64,000 nt of DNA from Candidatus Brocadiia bacterium JP1 (GTDB taxonomy: Bacteria; Planctomycetota; Brocadiia; Brocadiales; Bathyanammoxibiaceae): assembly GCA_051388875.1 (NCBI GenBank), contig JBMFFR010000003.1:36687-100686 (forward strand), in the 5' to 3' direction. The position numbers and the translations under genes are program-made. Shown here piece after piece: positions 1 through 8,640 of this stretch (position 1 is its first letter; each line of letters opens with the position of its first letter). Under the pieces are notes generated by a model, which worked only from the letters and a program-made list of their open reading frames with translations, was not told where the DNA came from and did not search any database.

Positions 1-2
1 AA

Positions 3-491
3 AAAGCAGTGATTTGCATTGAGGCGAAATTTGGCAGTAAAAATCCAATAGCTAAAGAACGGGAAGAGATCTTTGGGGAAAAACCAAAGGGTAAACTAAA
101 ACTCATCGAGCGATATTACAAAAGAAATAAATTAATAGACACAGATCAAATATTCGATTTTAGCAATGCCCCCAAACTGTTTTATGAACAGTTATTTCGA
201 AACATAGTATTTGCGGCATCAATGGCAAAGTTTGAAAATAACGCTAGCTGGTATGTTGTTAATTTGCGCAATCAACATGTTATGAATTTAAAGCGCGGCA
301 AGCCTGAAAGCATGCCCATTATGAGAAATATTCGTTCAATGCTTAAACCCAAATATAAGAAAAGATTTACTCATTTGACGTGGGAAGATATGTACGAAAA
401 GGCTGTAAAAGGAGACTGTAAACTTGCTAATTTTATATGGTACTTAAAGAATAAAAGCCTTAACTGTGGCCGAGCGTTTAACATATTATAG
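3..491 (+). CDS. 5'-truncated ORF (open to the window edge), possible PD-(D/E)XK nuclease-fold protein
   Basis: The frame is open from nt 3. It carries a hydrophobic-E-x-K motif (VICIEAKF) typical of the PD-(D/E)XK core strand. By eye it is clearly more AT-rich than the rest of the window. No family was recognised. Confidence 0.35.
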   Translation, partial: KAVICIEAKFGSKNPIAKEREEIFGEKPKGKLKLIERYYKRNKLIDTDQIFDFSNAPKLFYEQLFRNIVFAASMAKFENNASWYVVNLRNQHVMNLKRGKPESMPIMRNIRSMLKPKYKKRFTHLTWEDMYEKAVKGDCKLANFIWYLKNKSLNCGRAFNIL

Positions 492-539
492 CATTATATG
501 AAAGCAGTAACGTAGGGTGGGTGAAACGCACCGAAATAA

Positions 540-975
540 TAAATGATTCCGCCTAAGGCGGATAATTTCCCCCTCACCAGTCCCTGCATTTCCCCCTTTG
601 AAAAGGGGGATAACGCAGTATGACCTTAAGGGAATAAAGGGGGAATTTGCTAAAGGGGGATTCCACTAATATTGTAAGGGCAGGTCTGATGTTGTAGGGG
701 CAGGTCTTGCACCTGTCCAAAAATCTGGGCAACCACAAGGGTTGCCCCTACAAGAAATAATGTCTTGACCTTAGCTACTGGGCGTGGTATAAAAATTTTT
801 ACAATAAGGCTTGTAGAAATATCTTGAGGTCTCTGAAAAAATCGTAAGATAACGCAATATGTCATGCTGAACTCGTTTCAGCATCCCTTAGACCCTGAAT
901 CCGCCTCAGGCGGATATGGTTCAGGGAGACCCTGAAACAAGTTCGGGGTGACTTAACAGTACTTTTTCAGAGCTC
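540..975. repeat. Field of short palindromic intergenic units
   Basis: Hairpins present: TCCGCCTAAGGCGGA (548-562); TCCCCCTTT-GA-AAAGGGGGA (591-610); TTGTAGGGGCA...TGCCCCTACAA (691-753) with inner GGGCAACC/GGTTGCCC; ATGCTGAA..TTCAGCAT (about 862-883); CCGCCTCAGGCGGA (901-914). Confidence 0.6.
831..972. repeat. MITE-like element copy 1 (termini CTCTGAAAAA / TTTTTCAGAG)
   Basis: The termini at 831-840 and 963-972 are inverted. The left end reads CTGAAAAA-N22-ATATGTCATGCTGA and matches the reverse complement of the right end of the element at 37060-37257. Confidence 0.5.
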
Positions 976-1015
976 TTATCTTATTAATTTTAATTAACCC
1001 GTTACAGGATTAGCT

Positions 1016-2215
1016 ATGATAGGTATCTCCAAATTATACTGCGGTACGGTTGAACCCTCGGATGCCCTGCGCTACGGCAGGGAGTCAAAGAGGCTTCCCT
1101 CTCACCTTTTGCAATTTTCCAGCGACAAGAAGCCGGTAGTAGTATGGAATATGGGACAGCGATGTAACCTGAAGTGCATCCATTGCTACTCCCAGTCCAG
1201 GGATATTGAGTATCCAAATGAGTTGACTACGCAGGAGGGTAAGGGCCTTATAGATGACCTTGCCCAGTATGGCATCCCTGTTATACTCTTCTCGGGGGGA
1301 GAACCGTTGATGAGGCCTGACCTCCTTGATTTGGCCTACTATGCCAAATCCAAAGGACTCAGGGCGGTAATCAGCACTAATGGCACCCTAATCACCAGGG
1401 AAAAGGCCAGGGAATTAAAGTCTGTGGGCCTGTCCTATGTGGGGATTAGCCTGGACGGTATGAGGGAGACCAATGACCGCTTTAGGGCAGTAGAGGGGGC
1501 CTTTGATATGGCAATACAGGGTATCCGTAACTGTCTGGCTGAAGACATAAAAGTAGGGCTGCGTTTCACTATAAATAAGGGTAACGCCAAAGATATACCA
1601 GATATATTTGAGTTGCTAAAGCAAGAAGGCATACCCAGGGTATGCTTCTACCACCTTGTGTATGCAGGAAGAGGCTCAAAGCTCATCAAGGAAGACCTTG
1701 ACCACGAAGAGACAAGGAAGGTTGTGGACTTAATAGTAGATAAGACAAAAGAGCTCCATGACCAGGGACATAAGATTGAGGTACTTACCGTAGATAACCA
1801 TGCTGATGGCCCTTACGTATATTTACGCCTTTTGAAGGAAAACCCCAAGCGGGCAGAAGAGGTATATCAGCTATTACAATGGAATGAAGGTAATAGTTCT
1901 GGGAAGGGTATTGGCTGCATAAGTTGGGATGGCTCTGTGCATCCCGACCAGTTCTGGCGCCACATAGTCCTAGGTAACTTGCGGGAGCGCCCATTTAGCC
2001 AGATATGGGAAGACATTTCTAACCCGATAATGGCGAGACTGAAGGATAAGAACAAGTATGTTAAGGGGCGTTGTTCACTATGCAAGTGGCTTAACATCTG
2101 CGGCGGAAACTTTAGGGCCAGGGCTGAAGCTTATTACGGAGACATGTGGGCTCCAGACCCCGCCTGTTACCTGACTGATGAGGAAATAGGGCTGGAAGCG
2201 GCGGTTGTCTGTTAA
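1016..2215 (+). CDS. Radical SAM/SPASM protein, AhbD/NirJ-like
   Basis: CxxxCxxC motif (CNLKCIHC). The N-terminus ISKLYCG...DALRYG resembles AhbD/NirJ-type enzymes. A Cys-rich C-terminal SPASM-like region is present (CSLCKWLNICGG). Confidence 0.8.
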   Translation: MIGISKLYCGTVEPSDALRYGRESKRLPSHLLQFSSDKKPVVVWNMGQRCNLKCIHCYSQSRDIEYPNELTTQEGKGLIDDLAQYGIPVILFSGGEPLMRPDLLDLAYYAKSKGLRAVISTNGTLITREKARELKSVGLSYVGISLDGMRETNDRFRAVEGAFDMAIQGIRNCLAEDIKVGLRFTINKGNAKDIPDIFELLKQEGIPRVCFYHLVYAGRGSKLIKEDLDHEETRKVVDLIVDKTKELHDQGHKIEVLTVDNHADGPYVYLRLLKENPKRAEEVYQLLQWNEGNSSGKGIGCISWDGSVHPDQFWRHIVLGNLRERPFSQIWEDISNPIMARLKDKNKYVKGRCSLCKWLNICGGNFRARAEAYYGDMWAPDPACYLTDEEIGLEAAVVC

Positions 2216-2548
2216 TCTGTTTTGGCCAAGAATCTGCTTAAAGTCCAATTCTTTTTTACTAGCCTTCGCGTTTATAAAAACACTCCCAAGCAATTTCGTC
2301 ATTTAGTGCCATAAAAATTTTTACTTTCAAGTGGGTGTTGCAAGAATAACTTAGGACAAGACGCCAAGGTTTATTCCTTCTTGAAAGCGTGAATATCTGG
2401 AACTATTGAACTGATGAGGAATTAAAGAAGAGGTTGGGGGAAAGCAGACGAAAAACCTTCTAAGAGTTCAGGCCATAGTAAAAGAAGACCGTAAAGGCTT
2501 TAAGGCCACTATGGAGAAAGAATTTCAGGGTTTTAATAAGTCTTTTAT

Positions 2549-3367
2549 CTAAAGAGCTATAATGCTAATGCTTTCCCTATCGGCAAACTTAACCATTTCT
2601 TCCTTATCAAGGATGAGTGTTTTGCCTGCTTCAATGGCCAGACAGGAAACCCCTGCGTCTTTGAGGGTCTTTACTGTTTCAGGCCCTATAGTGGGTATAT
2701 CAAAGCGGAAGTCTTGATTATCCTTTGCCACCTTGATGGCCACCACTGCCTTGCGGCCGAGTTTACCCCCGCGCTTCAAGGTCTCATCTGTTCCTTCAAT
2801 AGCCTCTACTGCTAACACCACCTTTTCTTTTACTACTATGCTCTGGCCTATCTGGTGATGGGCAAGTTCTTTAGCGATTGGCCAGCCATACTCCACGTCT
2901 TCCATCTCCCTTTGGGACGGACTTCTCCAGGTGAGGCAGCCTTTTTGAGCAAGTAGTTGAGGCACAAAAGTTATTGAACTTAGCAATTCAATACCATCGC
3001 TTGCCAGTTCTTGAGCAACGGCCTCAAGGAGCGTATGGTCATTTCTATCCCTTACCTTTCGGTAAAAGAGCATTATCCCTCTCCAATCCGGCCTGAACTT
3101 AAAGAGGCGGAAGCGGGAGTACATCTTAGACTTGGTAAGCCCACCTGCCATAACTGCCTTAGTGATCCCCTCTTGTTTTAGGATTCTGATGAGTTTGCCA
3201 AGCTGTGCCATTTTTATCCAGTAAAGGGCGGTTACATACTGTTTTATATCTGGGTTAGTCTCCCCCTCTACCCCGATCGCTACCACCTGTACGTTATTCT
3301 CCCTTGCCCCCTGAGCAAAAAGAATGGGGAATCGGCCGTTACCAGCTATGAGACCAATTTTCTCCAT
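2549..3367 (-). CDS. lpxI: UDP-2,3-diacylglucosamine pyrophosphatase LpxI-like (DUF1009)
   Basis: The N-terminus IGLIAGNGRFP and the overall look match the LpxI family. It lies directly downstream of lpxD. Confidence 0.7.
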   Translation of the reverse strand: MEKIGLIAGNGRFPILFAQGARENNVQVVAIGVEGETNPDIKQYVTALYWIKMAQLGKLIRILKQEGITKAVMAGGLTKSKMYSRFRLFKFRPDWRGIMLFYRKVRDRNDHTLLEAVAQELASDGIELLSSITFVPQLLAQKGCLTWRSPSQREMEDVEYGWPIAKELAHHQIGQSIVVKEKVVLAVEAIEGTDETLKRGGKLGRKAVVAIKVAKDNQDFRFDIPTIGPETVKTLKDAGVSCLAIEAGKTLILDKEEMVKFADRESISIIAL

Positions 3368-3379
3368 ATTAAGTGATTC

Positions 3380-4492
3380 TTAGGCAGTTGGGCCTTTGGT
3401 GAGCCTATCCTCTAGTTCTGCTATCTTTTTTTTAAGAGATCTTAGTAGTTCCATAATCTCTGGGAGTTTGTAAACTGCCATCTGGGTACGGCGTGCCTTC
3501 TGGATAGGTTCGGCTGGATAGCCAAGATAGGTCCCTCCGCTCGGGAGGTCATTGGTTACTCCCGAGCCAGCCCCTACTTTTACGTCATCTCCAACGGTAA
3601 CGTGTCCCACCACCCCCACTCGCCCTGCCAGTATGACACGGCTACCTATTTTGCTACTGCCTGCAATACCCACCTGGCCCACGAGCAGGGTATTCTCCCC
3701 AATCTCTACGTTATGGGCTATTTGTACCTGACTGCCCATCTTAGTGCCTCTGCCAATTCTTGTAGAACCAAGGGCCCCCCGCTGTAGCGTAGAATTGGCC
3801 CCAATTTCCACATCATCCTCCAGAACAGTGTTTCCTATCTGAGGGATAGGGAAATACCCATCCTCCGCTGGGGCAAAACCCAAACCGCTGCACCCTATAA
3901 CCGTATTGGCATGAACCCTTACCCTTTTTCCTATTATAGTACCGGGATATATTACCACGTTGGGATACAGGATGCTATCTTCCCCAACCTCACAGTCCTC
4001 TCCGATGTAGACATTAGATAGTACAACTACCCTGTCCGCAAGCTTTGCACGCTCACCAACAAAGGCCCCAGGGTATATGCTGATATCTTTACCCAGTATT
4101 GCTGTTGGTGAAATTGTGGCGGTGGGGTGTATGCCGAGAGGATGAGTTTCAACAGGTCTAAACAGTTCTACTGCTTTTGCAAAGGCCAGATAAGGGTTTT
4201 CAGTCACAAGGAGTGCGACCACGCTGTCTGACCTCTGGATATTCTCAAACTTAGGGGCTACAATGACGGCTGAGGCTTGTGTAGTGGTAAGTTTTTTTGA
4301 ATATTTCTCATTGGCAATAAATGTAATTTCCCCCTCTTTTGCCTCATCTATGGTCATGACCCCACGTATAAGTATACCCTCATGACCTACTACCCTTCCA
4401 CCCAGATGTTGGGCCAGCTCGGCAAGGGTTAAGCTCTTTTGGGCCCTAACCTTTTTGGTTACTGGAGATGTGTTGAGTATATTGTTAGCCAT
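3380..4492 (-). CDS. lpxD: UDP-3-O-acylglucosamine N-acyltransferase
   Basis: LpxD-type N-terminal domain (LTLAELAQHLGG...ITFIANEKY) followed by a long run of hexapeptide repeats. Confidence 0.9.
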   Translation of the reverse strand: MANNILNTSPVTKKVRAQKSLTLAELAQHLGGRVVGHEGILIRGVMTIDEAKEGEITFIANEKYSKKLTTTQASAVIVAPKFENIQRSDSVVALLVTENPYLAFAKAVELFRPVETHPLGIHPTATISPTAILGKDISIYPGAFVGERAKLADRVVVLSNVYIGEDCEVGEDSILYPNVVIYPGTIIGKRVRVHANTVIGCSGLGFAPAEDGYFPIPQIGNTVLEDDVEIGANSTLQRGALGSTRIGRGTKMGSQVQIAHNVEIGENTLLVGQVGIAGSSKIGSRVILAGRVGVVGHVTVGDDVKVGAGSGVTNDLPSGGTYLGYPAEPIQKARRTQMAVYKLPEIMELLRSLKKKIAELEDRLTKGPTA

Positions 4493-4751
4493 CTGAACTG
4501 ATTCTGAGACCAGCCTGTATTTTTCTAATCAACATAGCTTGACATAGAGGTCAGAAAGGGTTATTTTTGTAAAGCCTCGTATAAGAACTAGATAATAGAC
4601 CTACCTAGCGGCTTTGTCAATAGAGTAAACTCTTGGTTAATTAATTGGTCTGGTAAAGGGTAGCAATGGGAAGATGAAGCTTTCAGAGACCCTCTTAAGC
4701 AAAGTAGAAATTTATTGGATTTAAAATCAAGTACTTAATAATCTTCTAGAT

Positions 4752-6167
4752 ATGTTACCCTATGTTCTCCTAATCAACCCGTGGGTTCACGATTTTACGG
4801 CCTTTGATTTGTGGTCAAAGCCTCTCGGCTTACTTTACATTGCTTCTATTTTAAGGCACTCTGGTTATAGAGTGCATCTTATAGATTGTCTTCATTACGA
4901 AGAAGAATTCCAAGTGTACCCCAAGAAGCAGAAGCCAAACGGTACAAGGTCTTTTTACTACGAGGAGATAGACAAACCGTATGTCTTCCGTGGTATACCC
5001 AGGCGTTTCAAACGTTATGGCATGCCTCCCCAAGAGTTTCTGGCAAAGTTAAGTGGTTTACCGAGACCTCTACTGGTATGCGTTACCTCTCTCATGACGT
5101 ACTGGTATCCTGGGGTATTTGAGGCTATCAGGATGGTGAAATCTGTTTTCCCGGACGTGCCGATTGCCCTTGGTGGTATTTATGCCAGCCTCTGCTATAC
5201 TCATGCTAAAGAAAAGTCAGGTGCGGACTATGTTATTCAGGGGCCTGGGGAGTTAGGGGTATTGGGTTTAGTGGATAGACTTTCACAGAGCTTAACTAAC
5301 GATGAAGGAATGGCGTTGGCTACTGCTAAAAGGAGTCAGTGGGAAGATAGGGATTATTCTAAGTTAAAGATATATGTAGAAGAAGATTCTTTACCTGCTT
5401 ACGACCTTTATCAGAATTTAAAATCTGTTAGTCTGCTCACGTCCAGGGGTTGTCCTTTCCGATGTACATATTGTGCCAGCTATCTACTCGGGCCAAAATT
5501 CGTTCGTAAAGAACCACAGAGGGTGGTGGAGGAAATAGAATATTTTATTAACGCACTGGGTGTGAAAGATATTGCTTTCTATGATGACGCCCTGCTGGTA
5601 AATTCTTCCTCACATATTATTCCCATAATTGAACTGCTAATACAAAAGGGAATAAAGGCCCGATTCCATACACCTAACGGCCTTCATCCCAGATATATAG
5701 ATCTTTCTTTGGCAAAGTTACTATGGGAGGCAGGTTTTAGAACCATCCGACTTGGTTTTGAGGGCACCTCTAGCAGGATGCAATTGGCCTCCACCAATAA
5801 GGTCAGTAGTCAGGAACTAGAAAATGCTGTAAAATGTTTAAGGCTAGCAGGGTATTCCAAGAAGGATATAGGTGTATATCTGCTTGTTGGTTTGCCTGGG
5901 CAAGGTGTTGAGGAGGTAAAGGAGGCTATGGAGTTTGTTAATAAAATAGGAGCCAGGATAAAGTTGGCCGAGTACTCACCCATCCCAGGGACAGAGGAAT
6001 TTCAGAAGGCGTCTCTTATTTGTCCAGAGGTGGTTTGTGAACCCCTTACTCATAATAAGTCCACCTTTACCATCAAGGGGATGGGGATAGAGTATAATTG
6101 TCTTGAGGGGATAAAGTCTATGGCTAAGCACCTTAATGCAGGATTAGAAAGCACTTGTGTAGTATAG
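4752..6167 (+). CDS. B12-binding-domain radical SAM protein
   Basis: N-terminal B12-binding-like region (LLINP...PLGLLYIASIL) and a CxxxCxxC motif (CPFRCTYC). Confidence 0.85.
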   Translation: MLPYVLLINPWVHDFTAFDLWSKPLGLLYIASILRHSGYRVHLIDCLHYEEEFQVYPKKQKPNGTRSFYYEEIDKPYVFRGIPRRFKRYGMPPQEFLAKLSGLPRPLLVCVTSLMTYWYPGVFEAIRMVKSVFPDVPIALGGIYASLCYTHAKEKSGADYVIQGPGELGVLGLVDRLSQSLTNDEGMALATAKRSQWEDRDYSKLKIYVEEDSLPAYDLYQNLKSVSLLTSRGCPFRCTYCASYLLGPKFVRKEPQRVVEEIEYFINALGVKDIAFYDDALLVNSSSHIIPIIELLIQKGIKARFHTPNGLHPRYIDLSLAKLLWEAGFRTIRLGFEGTSSRMQLASTNKVSSQELENAVKCLRLAGYSKKDIGVYLLVGLPGQGVEEVKEAMEFVNKIGARIKLAEYSPIPGTEEFQKASLICPEVVCEPLTHNKSTFTIKGMGIEYNCLEGIKSMAKHLNAGLESTCVV

Positions 6168-6254
6168 AGTGGCTGCACAGCGTGATTAAAAACACAGCCT
6201 AAAGGGTGCGGCTACATTTATTATTGTAGTACAAACTATTGTGGATTATAGTTT

Positions 6255-7646
6255 ATGCTAATTATTATTAATATATTTTTAACGTTTTTACTTTCCATGG
6301 CACAGCCCCTTCCGGCCGCCCCTCCTGAGGATACCCAGGCAAAGCCTACCTTGAATACTCAACAGAATTTTTGGTGTTGGTATCATGCAAAGAACCCACT
6401 TCGGGAGGTACCAGCTACTTATCCTGTTACCAGGGAATTTTGGACCTGGTATTTGCAGGTGATGCCACCGGAGAATATAAAGGTGAAGGCTACATGCAGG
6501 GGGATTGGGCAAAATGTTTATGTGTTTGTAAATGATGTGGACTGGCAGAGGTCAGTAAGCCAGGCGGATGTGGACAAGATAATAGAGGTCTTTGACCGTA
6601 CAACCCCTGCTGACCCTAATAAAGGGATATATCAGATTGCTACAGAAGTATTTGGCTCCCCTCCTGATAAAGACGGCGACCCGAAGATATACCTGCTTAT
6701 CTCTGAACTAGGGGAATTCAAGGGACACCATTTTGACGGTTTTTTTAGATACATAGACCAGACCAATGAGAAGGGTAGCAACAATTTAGAAATACTTTAT
6801 CTGGATGCTCATCACCCGGCTAGTGAATACCACCTCGGTGTACTCGCCCACGAGCTACAACATCTTATTCACTGGCGCTACGACACCGAAGAAGAAGGAT
6901 GGGTAAATGAGGCCCTCTCAGAAGTGTGTATGATACTTTGTGGTTATTATACGGATAAGCGTCACGTTGAGACCTTCCTTACGCGTCCGGATAGGCCACT
7001 GATAACAACAGGGCACGGTATGGTTAGCTACGGGGCTTGTTTACTATGGGGCACTTACATTTACGATAGATTGGGCGTTGAATTCCTTGGTAGGTGGGTA
7101 AAAGAGCCTGCACAAGGGATAAATGGGTTTGAGGATGCCCTAAAACATATGGCTTCTAAGGATACTTTTGACAGCCTATTTGCTGACTGGGTTGTTGCCC
7201 TATTTTTAAATGAACCAGAGGTGCAAAACGGGCTTTACGCCTATAAATTTTTATTCCTTCCTTTTAGCCCTTTTAGTGAGAACATTAGCTCCTACCCTGC
7301 TGGAGGTGAGGCTGAAGTAAATGGCTACGGGATTGATTATATTAAGTTCTTGCTACCAGAACAGAAAGGCAGGCTGAATATAACAATAAAAGGGGATTCC
7401 CCCAATCTTTTAACAACCGTGATAGAGCCTAATAAGGAGTCACCACCGTTTACTAAAATCAATAGGTTCAGGGCAAAAGAATCCCGCATCCTTATAGATA
7501 ATAGTAGTGTAATTGGACAAAAGGAGGCCATTCTGGCGATTACCGCCCTTGAGATTACAAAGAAGCCCGTAAAATACCACTTCGCGGCTACATGGGAGAA
7601 GACTGTACGCAAAGATGAGTTTGGTGCTGCTGTAGACCCGGAGTAA
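6255..7646 (+). CDS. Secreted HExxH zinc metallopeptidase-like protein (gluzincin-type)
   Basis: Signal-peptide-like N-terminus. HELQH is followed 16 residues later by NEALSE, resembling the thermolysin-type NEAxSD third zinc ligand. Confidence 0.55.
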   Translation: MLIIINIFLTFLLSMAQPLPAAPPEDTQAKPTLNTQQNFWCWYHAKNPLREVPATYPVTREFWTWYLQVMPPENIKVKATCRGIGQNVYVFVNDVDWQRSVSQADVDKIIEVFDRTTPADPNKGIYQIATEVFGSPPDKDGDPKIYLLISELGEFKGHHFDGFFRYIDQTNEKGSNNLEILYLDAHHPASEYHLGVLAHELQHLIHWRYDTEEEGWVNEALSEVCMILCGYYTDKRHVETFLTRPDRPLITTGHGMVSYGACLLWGTYIYDRLGVEFLGRWVKEPAQGINGFEDALKHMASKDTFDSLFADWVVALFLNEPEVQNGLYAYKFLFLPFSPFSENISSYPAGGEAEVNGYGIDYIKFLLPEQKGRLNITIKGDSPNLLTTVIEPNKESPPFTKINRFRAKESRILIDNSSVIGQKEAILAITALEITKKPVKYHFAATWEKTVRKDEFGAAVDPE

Positions 7647-7792
7647 AGTAGATGGACTGCCAATGTGGCAGGCTAATAATATGATACGCTGGATAATAGA
7701 TATGAACTTTCAACAAGTCTTGGAATTTTATAGGTTTACGGAGTCATTTCAAGGGGGCCGACTGGTATAAAATTTGCTAGTTTAGTGTTCAA

Positions 7793-8251
7793 ATGGTGCT
7801 CCATTTTCCTCAAACCGAGGGTAGATACTCACTGCTTATTACTGATGAGGACGAGAGTTATCTAAAGTCCTTACGGGAGACCTTTGAGCCTAAAGGGTAT
7901 AACACTTATTTAGCCAGCAGTGGCAAAGAGGCTATTGAGATAGCTCGCGAGGTAATCCTCCACGCACTGATAATAGATACCCACCTGCCTGATATCAGTG
8001 GTCTGGAGACCTTTGGATATATAAAGCGAGAGATAAGGTTGACCCTCCCTTGTATATTCCTTTCAGATAATGCTACAAAGGAGCTTAAGTTAAAGGCACT
8101 CTCTGCAAATGCCTATACGCTAATCTCTAAACCTGTAAAGCTGGAGGTAATACTTTTTGCAGTAGAACAACTAATAAAGAAATACTATGCGAGTAAAGGG
8201 GATTTATTGGTTTACCTTACGGAAGGGAAACCGCCTTCAATGGGTCCATAA
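7793..8251 (+). CDS. Stand-alone response regulator receiver domain
   Basis: CheY-like layout: acidic pocket LLITDEDE, phospho-acceptor context LIIDTHLPDISG, and SKP near the C-terminus. No output domain. Confidence 0.75.
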   Translation: MVLHFPQTEGRYSLLITDEDESYLKSLRETFEPKGYNTYLASSGKEAIEIAREVILHALIIDTHLPDISGLETFGYIKREIRLTLPCIFLSDNATKELKLKALSANAYTLISKPVKLEVILFAVEQLIKKYYASKGDLLVYLTEGKPPSMGP

Positions 8252-8319
8252 TCTCTTGGTTGACCCAATATGGCAGAAAAGGTAGGCTATGGTGTATTTT
8301 CAGGAAAGGAGAAGGAACT

Positions 8320-8613
8320 ATGAAGGCTAAGATAAAGCCGCTAGGAGAAAGGGTATTAGTAAAAAGGCTTGAACCAGAAGAGAAGACCGCAGGTGGGATA
8401 GTCCTGCCTGATACCGCTAAAGAAAAACCCAGACAGGGCAAGGTAATAGAACTTGGAGAGGGGAAATTATTGGGAAGTGGGGAACGAGTGAAGATCTCCC
8501 TTAAGAAAGGGGATAAGGTGATATTCACCTCCTATGCAGGTACAGAAGTCAATGTTGAAGGGGAAGAGTATCTACTAATGTCACAAGATGAAATCTTAGC
8601 TGTAATAGAGTAA
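8320..8613 (+). CDS. groES: Co-chaperonin GroES
   Basis: MKAKIKPLGERVLVKR... is canonical GroES. The ATG at 8320 has the upstream SD AAGGAGAAGG. The ORF-track start at 8260 is probably too long. Confidence 0.95.
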   Translation: MKAKIKPLGERVLVKRLEPEEKTAGGIVLPDTAKEKPRQGKVIELGEGKLLGSGERVKISLKKGDKVIFTSYAGTEVNVEGEEYLLMSQDEILAVIE

Positions 8614-8640
8614 CTTAGCTGCGAAGAGAGGGGAAGATAA

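Noticed and set aside
650-865. 71-aa ORF in the repeat field
   Set aside because: Its sequence (..VGATLVVAQIFGQVQDLPLQ..) is simply the translation of the GGGCAACC/GGTTGCCC and TAGGGGCAGG palindromes.
2410-2463. TDEELKKRLGESRRKTF mini-frame resembling the C-terminus (LTDEEI) of the upstream radical SAM gene, as a possible duplicated gene end
   Set aside because: The shared DNA is only 12 nt (ACTGATGAGGAA, also at 2174-2185). That is too short to separate from chance.
8252-8319. CIRCE/HrcA operator or sigma32 promoter in front of groES
   Set aside because: There is no TTAGCACTC-N9-GAGTGCTAA-like inverted repeat and no CTTGAAA...CCCCAT pattern in the spacer.
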